From assembly GCA_001662655.1 (NCBI GenBank), contig KV460215.1: a DNA stretch of 64,000 bases; one strand, given 5' to 3'. This document shows, one piece after another, positions 13,582-26,022 of the stretch. The notes beneath the pieces are model-generated. The model saw only the letters and a program-made list of their open reading frames with translations, searched no databases and was not told the DNA's origin. Each line of letters begins with the position of its first letter. Positions within the stretch are counted from its first letter, which is position 1. Position numbers and translations under genes: made by a program. The stretch is from Pseudogymnoascus verrucosus (taxonomy: Eukaryota).

Positions 13582-14022
13582 GGCTGACAAATTGCTGATA
13601 AAATGCTGATGAGCAAGTCCATTGCGTTGAGAAAAAGCATTAGCAGGTTAGACAAGGGGGTCCATTATTTGGTAGCGTGGGAGACGGATGAGCACAGCTT
13701 GCCACTTTGTCTACAAACCTCTTTTAGAAAACCGCGGTTTTCTAAGGCGGCAATAGCAGCTAGGCAGTAATTAGGTATGTGGTAATACATATGTAGGTCA
13801 CTCTGACGTAGAGTGTGGCCCTCCTAGAGAGTACCTACCTCACCCAAAATCCATCGAATAGAGGAAAGTCCCCACGTCATAAATATCTGTTGTTCTACCC
13901 TTTCGACTTAAAAATCCCAACCTGCCCCGAACCTTTCTCGAACCTATAAGAGTTACTTTAACGGGTATCAATCAACAAACTTCTAGACTGCCTCTTTCTA
14001 GCTTCAAATAATATAATTTAAT

Positions 14023-14802
14023 ATGCATTTCTCAAGCAAGCCACTCTTTCTCTCTCTGTTTCCATTTGCCCTCGCGCAGTATGGTGGAGGTGGAGGAACC
14101 GCAAGTAGTTCCACCACAACCTCTGTAGCGTCTGCAACAACATCCTCTGCTCCCGGGGTGCAAACCGTAACCGTCGGTGATAACAATGCGATCGCATTCT
14201 CGCCAGACACTATTACAGCGGCCGTTGGGTCTAGTATTGAATTTGTATTCTTCCCGCCTATCCATTCTGTCACCCAGTCCACTTTCGAGTCTCCATGCGC
14301 CCCTTTGGCCAATGGAACAGGATTCTGGAGTGGAGCAATTACTACTGCAAGTGGACAAAACGCCAACGTTTTTACTCTCATCGTTAATGATACAAATCCA
14401 ATTTGGTTTTTCTGTGCAACCCCACTTCATTGTGAGACTGGCATGGCTGGGGTCATTAATCCTTCGTAGGTTTCGAATGTCGCATTCGTCTTATAGCAAC
14501 GACTAATAAGATCATAACTTAGATCCAACGCTTCAGAATCGCTTGACCAATACAAAGCTAGCGCTGCCAAAGTTTCAAACCCGCCTACCCCGTCGGTCGT
14601 TCAAGGTGGCAGTATTGGGCCACCTCAAGCCGCGAGCAGTAGCTCATCAGCCGCGAGCAGTAGCTCATCAACCTCGTCAGCAGCCACTACGACCCCGACA
14701 AAGAGTGCTGGCGTAAATAGCTTCGAGAGTAGAGGTAGTGCTCAGTGGGTCCTTATGGCACTCGGTCTATTAGCTGTTGGGATTGGGGGTTTGATCATTT
14801 GA
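14023..14802 (+). CDS. Secreted GPI-anchored cupredoxin-like Ser/Thr-rich protein
   Basis: Signal peptide; VTVG..FSPDTITAAVG..FVF...HSVTQSTFESPC and IWFFCATPLHCETGMAGVINP; intron 14466-14522; Ser-rich linker and hydrophobic C-terminus WVLMALGLLAVGIGGLII*. Confidence 0.85.
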
Positions 14803-15541
14803 GCATGGCCTCGTATTTTAGCCTACCCTGGAGGTTAATATGAATTTGGCTAGGTTTAACAAAAATACAATAATTACGTGAGCACATACGCAGGTTATAA
14901 ATTATTGCACGCCGCTGGGCTTTTCGATTTCGCTTTCAGCGGCCTTGATTGAATGATCAAACCTGGCCCCTGTGTTTTTGGGGGCGCCATGTTTGAGGGT
15001 CAGATTTTAGCGCAATTACTAGTGAAGGGTCTCAACCCTGCTCACTAATAAAGTGCTAGATAAATTTCGCTGCTGTAAGTTTTTACTAGACGGATAGAAA
15101 GGAATTCTAAACTGGAATGGATCTGAAAAATCATCGATTTTTGTATGGGTATAACTGAAACACAGTAAAGTGATGGCACGTAACCCAGGGTTGCAGATAT
15201 CATAGATTCGGAATGTACCGACGGAAATTGCGTCATCTTTTTGATTGAAAGCTTCGGGGGTTTCCAGGCAGTTGTTTACTTTCGCGGGTGTGGCTAACAA
15301 TGTTTTATGTCGACAGAGGATCGGAAAATATCATGATTAGGAAAGCTATAAAAGCGATAATGATTCTGCTACTATTAATGGCTTGAGGTGCCTAAAACTG
15401 ATGGAGGTATGATGGCGGAGTAATGAAAGTTCTAATCCTGGTCAAAAAGTCGACAGCTTTAGAGAGCATTAGTAGTAAAGTTCAAATAGACGTCTTTATT
15501 CTCCTAAGATACATCATCAACCTGAAGTCTTATTAGATCTA

Positions 15542-17297
15542 TTAAACCCTCTCAATAATAACCGCCTCGGAAGACCCGATAGAAACCACTCCATTTGTGA
15601 CTTTCTCAACAACCTTGGCCCCGCTTAGGTGCCCATTTCCATCCACGGTTTGACCTGCCCAAGTCAAGCCTTGGGTAGCAATGGAAGAGGAACCCGATAG
15701 TCTCTTAACAGTGAAATCCTTCCCAAACTCAGCAGACACGTCAAAAGTCTTGTATGTGCGAGGGTTAGTGCCATTAATATAGTCGAGGTTGAGGATGACC
15801 AGCTTTTGAAGGTTGGACGAGGAAGAATACACAGCGTAATGTGCAAGGTCAGTAGCATCTAGGGAAGGTATTGGTGCAATTTCTGGCGTGCGGCCAAGAT
15901 TTGATACAAGGTCGGCGAATAAAAGAAATCCGTAATACCTAGAAACAGTCCAGGTCAGAAATGATGGGAATGGGAATGGGCACGGGCTGCTTTAGAAAAT
16001 ACTCACAGTCCACTTGCATGTGCAGCTGTGCCATTAACTGCAATTGGCTGCCATACACTGTAAGGAAAACCGACTCCGTTGTGGAAGTACAAGCCATCCA
16101 TGCCAGCAGTCGCACCGGTCAACGAGTAATCCAACATCCAGAGTGCTGCTCCAAGAGTGTCAGAGACACCTGCCAATCCGTGGCAGGCAGCAGAGTTTGT
16201 TTCACCCATAAAGAACTGAGCGCCCACAGACTTAGCAGCAGATATCGCTGATGTGAATTGTTGCACCATTTGAAACGTATGAATATGGTTCAAAAGTACC
16301 GGGAGAGACACCAGAGCTGCATCTGCCGCTAGACGCCCAAAATTATCAGTAAGAAAACACGGCGACAAAGCAATATAAGGAACTTACGCGTGCAAACATC
16401 TCCGAAATAACAATGGTTGCTAAAGATCTTAATCTCGCTCACAACTTCTTTAATTCCCATCTTAATCAATGAACTTATAGAGAAGTCGCCTTGATCAACT
16501 GGAGCATTGGCAAAGGATGCGGACATATATCCGGCGAATCTCTTTGCCTCGGTCTTGCTTAATGAAGCAGTTATCTTTGTTAGGAAGCTCGCTGTTTGCT
16601 GAGCATAGGAAAAGATGTCCCAGCTCAATGGTCGAAATTGCCTGTAGGCGGAATAAAAGTCGGGTTCATTACCTAGCTCGTAGGCTGTAATTCGTGAGAG
16701 ATTCATGTATTGTTCAACAGCTTTGAACTCCGCCAAGGTGTTCGAAATGTTGTTTTCGCCAAAGTTCAGTCCAAATGTATACTCCTGCTCACTCGGAACG
16801 TTCTCGTTGAGAACTCTGAACAGATTCTTATTAAAAGTGACGTTAGCAGCTTCGGTATTGGCAAATAGACCTATTTCGCTATTGCTGGCGAATGTATTGT
16901 TGAGGGTTTGAGTACAGTCATCGCAGTAATTCGCAACATCCTGGGTATCACCACCGATGCGGATCCTCGGCGGAAAACCTGAAAGATCCTGGATGTTCTG
17001 AAGGAGGCGAAGAGACAGCGCGTTTTCTTGGTTAACGTCGCCTAGGAAGCCAGTGATCCAGCAGAATCTATATTTTACACGTTAGTGTGTGTATCGTTAA
17101 ACTTGGAAAAGTAAGACAAACTCAATGGATAGTCCCAGGAGTTGACGGTTCAATGGACTGGCAGACGTAGCAGCAGCCCGCTTGTCAAAAGTAACGACTT
17201 CATGGGATAGTTGAGCTGCAGTGAAGCTTGGCTGGGTCGTACTCAGACAGAGGGCGACAGGGAGCAATTGCACCAGGGCAAAGAGGATTGGAGACAT
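15542..17297 (-). CDS. Secreted glycoside hydrolase family 79 (beta-glucuronidase-like)
   Basis: Signal peptide; LSIE/F, PPRIRIGGDTQD, acid/base motif YELGNEPD, nucleophile motif MGETNS, GVSDTLGAALW..DY; three introns. Confidence 0.88.
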
Positions 17298-17532
17298 GAT
17301 GACTTTAGGATAATAGACTTTCAGTCTCGCCGATTGAAGACTCAGTAGATATGGATGCCAAGTCCTTAATTAGCGAAACTACTTATATTTATATTCTATA
17401 GTACATGGCTCAATAGTTATGTCGGCAACCAAGCTTTTGGGGTGGATTGGAAATGAGCCCAAAAAGGAAACTAAGGAGCACTCAAATGCGGGGTGAAGTG
17501 GAGCCGTTCGAGCGTTATTTCCCCTCCTTTGT

Positions 17533-17649
17533 GGGGATAGCACGAATCCGGGGTGAGGGTGAGAGTCGACTTCATTTCCTGGGGAAGAGGGGATAGAACG
17601 AATCCGGGGTGAGGGTGAGAATCGACTTCATTTAATGGGGAAGAGGGGG
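17533..17649. repeat. 56-bp direct tandem repeat (2 copies) in GH79 upstream region
   Basis: GGGGATAG..CGAATCCGGGGTGAGGGTGAGA.TCGACTTCATTT..TGGGGAAGAG at 17533 and 17589. Confidence 0.9.
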
Positions 17650-19329
17650 ATTGGAGCTTTACTAATTACATCTCCCTCCGGAGCAATACGCGGGTAGAGC
17701 TGACGACAATACAGTAGCCTCAATCTCCCTCCCGGCATTCTGCCATTATATAAAAGTTTGGTAAGGAAGTGCGGGGAAGTCAATGAGTCGGCAATTGAAC
17801 AATCGAGCGGCAACTGTATCCCCCTAGAGTTTTCCTTTAAACTACATTTCGTTTCCATTCTTAGCCCGTTGAAACTACACATTACCAAGCGATTGATAAT
17901 GCGCACTCTTCATGACAGCTCTATAGCCGATAACTGGTGCATGCTAAGAAGTTACTAGGGTCGGCAACTAAAGTGTTAGGACCAACTTGGAAACGTCCCA
18001 TCTTGGCTATAGCATATTACAACTCTAATCACACACTACTCGTCTTGGCTATTGCTTGTTGTAACATCACTCACACACGGCACATTTTCGCTTTACCCTT
18101 TAAAGCAGAAACAGATTTAAATTCTACCTGGAGATAGCCACTCTATTACCTCGGCTTCTGTGCACGAGTTTTCACCCCACATAGCATCACACTAAATTTG
18201 CCTAGCCCGTTCACTCGACGTTGCTACCACTTAATAATTCTACTACTTAATATATCTGCTACTCGATTCTGCTGTTTCTCACTGATCTTTCCTAATGCTG
18301 CCGTTGCTCGTTGTTGCTGACATTGCCCGAGGCTTCAAAACCTGCTACTACAGCCTAGAACTGGCGGGCTCCACGTTCACACCAAAGGAGTCACTCAACA
18401 ACACAAAAGGGAGGTCGTGTCGCCAAGGTGCGCACTCCCCGCAAGGCCGCGGCTGCGATTCCGACCTACGTCGAGTCGGATGCTGAGGAAGAGGATGAAG
18501 ACAATGATAGCAATGTCGACGAGTATACCGAGGAGAATATTTCCAGCATTATGGTCAAATCCGAGTCGAATGAGTGTGGCGCAATGACACCAAACTACGG
18601 CCAGGAATCTCAAAACTTTGCAGTCGGTGGTTATGTTAGAAGTAGTTTCGCGCACCACAGCTTTTTCGGCTTTGTGAGCGGAAATTCTAACAGTTATTTT
18701 AACGGTAAACTTAGTGGTTATTAATAGGAGAAGAAGACGAGTTTCACGAGGCCTACAACAACACAACTAGTTTAGCAATAGTTATAATAATGATATTATG
18801 TAAATAAACTGAGTTTGTATGATGAATGTGCGCACTTTTGTATAATTAAACCTTAATTTGCGCAAATACAGAGATAGGAGCGTAGAGGCATTTCGAAGGT
18901 AATATCGGTCCATATTCTCTATTTATTTCGTGTACTTTTGCATTTTGCATTTTGCGCAATGTACCTCCATTTCCGTGGTACATTGCGCACTTGTAAGATT
19001 TGTATGGCGATTTTAGACTTGAAGGGGTCAGCCTGCTGATTTTCAAAAAAACGGTGTTTGCATAGCGAAGGGCTGATTTTGGCTGTGTTTTCAGGGTTTT
19101 GACGTGATCGATTAGTAGAGTGGTTTTCGAGCAGCTACCATAGGCGGGACATATCTAGGTACATAGTAAGAGGTGTTTTAAAATTTGCGATGCGCAACGT
19201 ACTGTGGTATATTGCGCACTTCTAAGATTTTTATAGCAATTATACAGCGTTATATCTTCATTTAGCATATACACAATCAACCCATAGTTCGTATGTCGAA
19301 TTTTATTATTAGCGCACTTCTACGAATCT

Positions 19330-19590
19330 CCTATTCTCCCATAGCGCTCTCACAACTCTCCCATAGCACTCTTATAGCGCTCCTTTAGCGTTCCCATAAT
19401 GCTCCCATAATGCTCCCTCATATCGCTTTGAAGTTCCTAGTAACACTACAACACTCCCATAGCGTTCCCATAATGCTCCCATAATACTCCCACATGTCGC
19501 TTTGAAGTTCCCAGTAACACTACAGCGCTCCCATAGCGTTCCCATAATGTCCCATAATGCTCCTACATATTCCTTTGAAGTTCCCATATA
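19330..19590. repeat. Minisatellite of 11-mers (CTCCCATAGCG/CTCCCATAATG) with ~75-bp higher-order unit
   Basis: Many CTCCCATA-containing units; CTTTGAAGTTCC recurs three times at about 75-bp spacing. Confidence 0.85.
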
Positions 19591-19799
19591 CGGTTCTCGC
19601 TCGAAATGGTGGTGGTGGACTTGGTGATTCCTAGTCCATCGACTAATTTTCTCATTTTCCCCCCATCTCATATCTCCGTACACACATATCCCCGTATCGT
19701 ATCCCCGATCTGTCTCGGACTTAACCACCCCACCCTTATCACTTCTCTATAGACTCCGTAAAGGGGCTGTTGGAGGAAACGGACATGTCGCTTTAGATG

Positions 19800-20240
19800 C
19801 CTTTGTAAATACCGCCCTTACGTATTTCTTCTATTTTGGCAGTAATTTTCTTAATGATTTCAGTGCCTATGGTCAAAGATGATCTATGTCCTTAGAAACA
19901 TGAGCAACTACCTGCCTCTACTTATAATTAGTATTTATGTTTATATTAATAGATAGACCTCTCATTATTCTCATTTAATTTTATATACAAGATCACTCTT
20001 ATGATCCTATAGATTTACTTCTATAGATACTATAAAAGTAAGGTTTGTTTATTATATAAGAGGGGATATAACATCATAATTTAGATTTCTAGGCATAATC
20101 GTAGGTTAACATATGACATTAGGGTAATATAGACAACTAAAATGTAGATATGTCATTTATAATAAGTAGGACAATAATGGCATTTTGTGGTATATCTTAG
20201 TATAGGCAGGGTATATTTGTTATGATGTATTTTTAAGTTT
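19800..20240. other. AT-rich, TpA-rich degenerate (RIP-like) relic
   Basis: Very low GC, abundant TA dinucleotides and stops in all frames, flanked by satellites. Source element not identifiable. Confidence 0.5.
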
Positions 20241-20570
20241 AAGGAAGGTAGAAGTAGAGGTAGAGGAATAAAAATTGGAAATGGAAACAGACATAGAAGT
20301 AGAAATGGGCGAATGGAAATGGGCGAATGGAAATAGAGGGATGGAAATGGGGGGATAGAAACAGAAATAAAACGAGTGTGAAAACGGGAATGGAACGGAA
20401 ATAGAGGTAGAGATAGGGGAATGGAAATCGACGTAGAAGTGGAAATTGGTAAATGGAAACAGAAGTAGAAACGAGAGTGAAAATAGGAATGGAAACGGAA
20501 GTAGAGGTAGAAATCAGTGAATGGAAACAGAAGTATGAACCGAAGTGAAAATGGGGGAATGGATGTAGAT
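20240..20570 (+). repeat. Purine-rich degenerate hexamer repeat (GAAATG/GTAGAA/GAAACG)
   Basis: Runs of GTAGAA, GAAATG, GGAAAC; the same family occurs at 27195-27550. Confidence 0.85.
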
Positions 20571-21150
20571 ACAATACCTTGATAATGTCTTCTTAGATTG
20601 TGATGCATATCATGCGTTCATATATTGCTATATTACCCTGGGTCCCATCTCCAAGAGTGCTGTAACCACATAAAGGGGGCTTGTGCCATGTGTATCGCGG
20701 TTCAAAATCCGAGTCGTTCAATTTCAATATCACATCTCTACAACTCTACAACGTCCCATGACCAATACATAGAGCAGTAATTTCTTTCCTCGTTTGCCTA
20801 GTTGAATAATGCCATACTATGCCGCCATAAGATACCCTTGCGCAGAAAGATGCCTCCCTCCTTCCCCCTCGAATCAGCTATTATATATCCTCCCCATTGC
20901 GCCACCCAACCCACCCATTCCCATACCTTCTATCCGTACAACTCAGACATCTACTATATGTGTCTATCCAACACCCTTCTTAGAAAAATATAACCCATCA
21001 TACCTCCCACAAAAACGCCAACCTCCACAACACGAAAACAATCCTGGTATTCCCAAATCAACATTAAATCCCACCACTCCACCCCCCCAGCCCGCCCCAA
21101 CTCCACCTCCTCTCCCCCAACCCACCTTCCCCACCCCGAGACCCCTCGCG

Positions 21151-24100
21151 TCACCTCTCCGGTATCACAGCCCTCGCCAGCCGCCCCCCAGCACTAACAC
21201 GCTTCTGCAACCTCGCCTCCCTCGCCCTCTCCTTCTCCGCAGGACTACTACTAATCGCTCCCGTCGGCCCAGCCCCCACACCAGGTAACGGCGCAATGCG
21301 ATCACCCAGCTTCTCTCCCCTCCCAAGCTTAACATCCACATACAGCGCCGCAGCCCTACTAAGCGGGAATGCCGGCAAGGCAGCAGGTACCTCGGCACCA
21401 TTCTGCACGAGCAGCTCTGCAACTGGAAATGCAACGCTCTTCGGCTTGTCCGCCGTGCGCGGCGGCGCTGGCGGAAGCGATGAAGAAGGAGACGCCGGGT
21501 CCGCGGCCGCGAGAGCGAGGAAGACGGCGTGCGTGGCGCGGGATTTGTCGGTTGCGTTTGGGTTAGCGCGGAGAGCGAGGGCGTAAAGGACGGATTGGAT
21601 TTCGTTCTTCTTGATTGCGGCCAGGAGCGTCTCATCCGGCGTACCGTAGCGTGAGAGCGTGGGCGACAGCGGCGCGACGTACGCGCGGTCGACGTACTTG
21701 GCTGTTATGAATTTGAGGCGCTGGTCGCGGGTTGCTTGTGGGGAGGGCTTGAGCGAGGCGTCCAGACGTGCTTCCCAGATCGTGTTGGAGATGCGGTTGC
21801 CGACGGCGAGGAGGAGCTCGACGATGTCGGCGGTGAAGGAGGTGATGTCGAGGGTTAGGGAGCGGACCTTTGAGATGTGCGTGCCGAGGGAGCGGTGGAT
21901 CCCGCTGCACTCGATGCACATGATGATGGCGAGGTTGATGGAGACCCATTCCGTCTTGACGCCTGACCCGCAGTCGGCACACCAGCAGTTGCCTTGGTCG
22001 GCTTCGCGGAGGACTTGCAGCAGCTTGTCGGGGCTCTCGTCAAGGGCGGCGCTGGTTTTGCGTTGGTAGGCGGGGCGTGCGCCGACGGTGGTGCGGCGGA
22101 AGATGTCGTTTTTGTTGAGGACGGAGGAGTTGATGGATTGGTGGGCTGCATGGGCGGCGTGGCCCAGGGAACCGCTCTTGCCCGTTAGGATGGAGCCGAT
22201 GTCGCGCCTGATAGAGGATCCTTCCTGTGGAGCTCTTGGAGCTACGACAATGTCTTGAATGCCTCGGCCTTCCATGGCGCTCTGAAGTGCGTTGTTGATG
22301 GCTGATATCCAGCTCGTCATGTCTTCTTGTGATGTAGACTGGTATACTCTGGTATAATGGGGAGTGATTACTTCGAAGCAGAACCGCCTCTCGGCATTCC
22401 TGGCCTCTCGAACGGATGCCAAGCGGAGGTCGATAGGGTCCATGTGGAGGTCGAGCTGTTCCTTCCAGTTACTGTACTCTGAAAGTTTTCCTTGGTCAAG
22501 GACGATCCAAAATCTACGAATGTTAGAAATGCTTGTGCAACACTGTAGTAAAACTTACTTGTGCCAAGATTGCTTGTTGAGTCCCTTCGGATCAACATGA
22601 CTACCGGGTTTGCTCAAAGCCCACAAAAGCCCCTCTTTCCTCTCCGTGCCAACTCTTTCGTTGGAGCTGCTAAGGCTGTAATCCTTCTCCTCCAGATCCC
22701 GGATACCCTTGAATTTACTGGATTCTCTGGGGCTTGGCAGAGGTGCACTTGCAGGCGTAGTGGCTGGTTTTGATCCGTCAGATGGCGCACTTGTTACGGA
22801 TATCGAGAGGGGTTGGTTGGTATTGCTGTTCACAGCTGGCCGTAATCGTGAGGCTGAGCTGTCTGCTCTTCCGATATCCGAATCTGAGAGCTGAGCCGTA
22901 CCTGCGGCGCCATTACTTGACTGCGGTGGGCGCGCCAACTGTGGAACAGTCTCTGGCTCGACGTAGGTAACAGTGCTCATCTCAAGGTTACGTCGCTTTT
23001 CCTCGCGCTCCGTCCTCATGTACTGGAACTCCTTATCGGCCTCCTTGACTTCGGTGCTGAGCGCCTCCAGCTGGGGAAGCATTGCTTCCACCTTTTTCGC
23101 GGTTGTGAGGTAGTTTTTGGTTTGGCCATCGGCATACTTTGTCAGATGCGACAAAACCTCTTGCTCTTTGCGGCCACCGTGTAGGTCCTGCATGAAGGAA
23201 GAATAATCGAACCTCTTGAGCTCGAAATTTCGTCGTTTGGCCTGATACTTGGTATCACTCTCTACTCGCTTCTTGTCTTTCATAGTATCCTGACGCTGTC
23301 CGAGATACCTCGAAACATACGAATAAAACTCTTTGCTCTCCTCCTCAAAGTCTCGCTTCTTGGACTCTGCCTTCTTAATATCTTGCTCATATACCTTGCT
23401 CAGAGGATCAATAATAATCCTCTGTAAATTCTTAGTGTTCTGTTTCTCATAAAGCAATATCTCTTTCGCGATTTTATCGAAGTAGTGATCTAATGCTGGC
23501 TGCACCGCATTTGCGTTCGATGAGGATGCTTCCCGGAGAGCTTCCATAAATCCGGACATGGCATCATTGCATTCGATTTGCGCCATGTGGGCCGCCTCTG
23601 CCCGTTTAATGACCTTCTTCATGCGAGCGCGCATATTCCCCGTCTTCTGCTCTAACGACTTCATGGTCGCGCGAAACAGCGGTCCATCTTCAGTCGCGCT
23701 GAGATCTTCCCCAGGCCGCTGACACAAAACGTCCACTTTGGGTAATTCTATCTTCCCTGAGCCAGACGACTGGGGCGGGCCATCAGCCGGCGCCAGTATG
23801 GGAGATGGTATGTCTTCGTAGTCCTTTGAATCGAGAACGCTCTGTCGCGAGTCCACAGACTGTGCTGAGGGGACGCGGAGTTTCGGTGGCGCATTCAGCG
23901 CAAACGCCTGCTTAGGCGAGCTTGGGTCGCTGGCAGCATAGTAGACGTTATGGACCCAGAATGAAAATGTCGCCAGTGTATTTAACCGGTGGGCTCGCTG
24001 GTCGTATTCCACGAAGCTACAGCAGTTCCTCCAGCCGCCTCCTCTGTCCTCTGTGGGCTTCGGCGGCCTCCATTTCCACGTCCAGTCGAATGAAACAGAC

Positions 24101-24711
24101 TGGCTCCCTCCAGTCGCGTAGTCACCAACAAGCTGTACGTTCGCATTCTTGTGTAGATTCGGATCGGCATGGAACTCAAGCGTGACTAAGTTCTCCACCT
24201 CCTTGGCGGTTGATGCGGACACATATGTGAGTCCGTTGAGCGCCGTATCGACCAAGGCTTCAGGGGAAGAACCACTTCCGGATGATGATGGCTGTTGTGA
24301 CTGGCGTATGATAAGTGTGTATGTGAATGTGAGCTCCTCGTCGTTGTTTATCTTCAAGAGGAAGTTCGGCACGCCGGAGGTGGGCGATGGGTCCGGGTCC
24401 TACAATCGAAAGGTCAGACATATCAAAGCGGAAGCAAGGGATTGTTCCGTACCTGAACATATTCAACGATGCTCTGATCGCTGGCGTCATGGCTCGCGCT
24501 GACCTTTGTCGCTGGGTATGCATTTGGCACGATATGGGCGACGACGCGCCGTTTCGAGTTCGTCACCGTAAGAGAGGCGATTGAGACTAGGCGCACAAAT
24601 CTGATTAGCATCGTCACACATCTACTGCGACAGGATATGAAGCTTACAGCGAGACTGATCCCTCAGGTACAGTGCAGCGCCATCCTCCGGCTTGCTGCTG
24701 GTAACTCCCAT
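21151..24711 (-). CDS. BAR-PH-ArfGAP (ACAP/centaurin-beta, Csx2/Age1-like)
   Basis: Exon 1 MGVTSSKPEDGAALYLRDQSR; BAR region EDGPLFRATMKSLE; PH region RKEGLLWA...WHK/FWIVL..ERRFCFEVITP; ArfGAP zinc finger CADC-x16-CIEC with HRSLGTHISKVRSL. Confidence 0.92.
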
Positions 24712-26022
24712 GATGAAAGGCTACCCCGCCAAAGAAGCAGCGGCAGTCGTGCAATTCGCGGACAAAGGCGGTGGAATCGAGGGTCTAAAAAGATGGCTGG
24801 GCGGTATATGTTCTGGCATCGGTGATTATGAAGTATCCAAGAACAACATATATATCGGATGGGCGATGATGGTTGGGAATAGTGATGGCGCAACAGCCTG
24901 GAGGGACGTGTTGGTCGGTGACCAGAAGTTCCCGTGCGGGAGGTTCCCCAGATGGGTCTTTGAACGGTAGAAGTAGAGTAGCCTCGAGTAGCGTACTCTA
25001 TAAAGTAGTGATTATAATTAGCCGACACACCAATAAATTAGAAATTAGATGCTGGTTTCATAAATATGTTGGTTGTTGTGAGTCTTTGTAGAGGGTGCGG
25101 AGAATCAGCTCTTTATTCTCTTCATCTCTTTCATGCCATGCCGATGCCAATCATCCGAAAGGCTTGTGGGTCAGGCGATCGTGGTTGTACGCATCGACGT
25201 TGTTCCTGAATCTGAATCATAATCATACGAAATACAGCATAAGTAACTTACATATATGCAGGGCTCTTTGGGGATTTATTATTCACCTACTGACCAACAG
25301 CATCTCTGCCCAACGGTGCATGGAACAGAACGCCACCATCGGTGATTCTAGTACAGTACATATTATCGACGACTCTAACGACAACACCGCTTGTCGATCA
25401 CCAACGGGCAATGAAGACTGTGCCTCAAGGCCTCGTTGTTGGACGCCTAGTTTACGATATGCCATGCGCCTCATCCAACAAACACCTTCTGTACGCTGGT
25501 GACCTAGAAGTTCTCGTATATGAGTGCGTGTCTGTCTTGTGGGCCAGCCAGGTGGGTGTCTGTCAACTGCGTCTCATGATTACGACGACTTAAGCGCAGT
25601 GTAGGCTCCAGCGATACTGGCAAGTTACGACCAGATTGCAGAAAATAAGGCTTACAAGGTCATACAGGGCGATCAGGCAAATGTATCTTACTAGGAAATA
25701 TATGGATATATGGATACAACTATAATTATAATTATAGAAAGATTTCCCGTCTGATATGCACAGGCAATACGTGCCTAGATCTTCTAGATCGCGTTGCACG
25801 TGTGGCTCCCGGTGCCTCTGCCGCCACTTACCGTATACTACTAATCAAAGATGCCAAGATCCGATAAGAACAAGCCGAGGTATATCACGACGCGGTGCCG
25901 ACTACATTTCCGTGCCGCGACTAGAAGAAGATGGCTTTTATAGCACTCTCTTAATTACACTCGTTCTTCCTATACCCTCCTATCCTTATACACGGCGTTT
26001 GCGATAGATTTAGACATTGACA

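Noticed and set aside
13386..13655. 89-aa ORF with a duplicated basic peptide
   Set aside because: Translation of the 81-bp promoter repeat with a non-ATG start; no coding evidence.
20153..20608. ORFs rich in F/H/S/I/P (also 19372-19728 and 27191-27511)
   Set aside because: Translations of simple repeats with no domain signal.
12120..20700. Starship or other autonomous mobile element at the tRNA
   Set aside because: No tyrosine recombinase, transposase or RT coding remnant recognisable; no clear target-site duplication.
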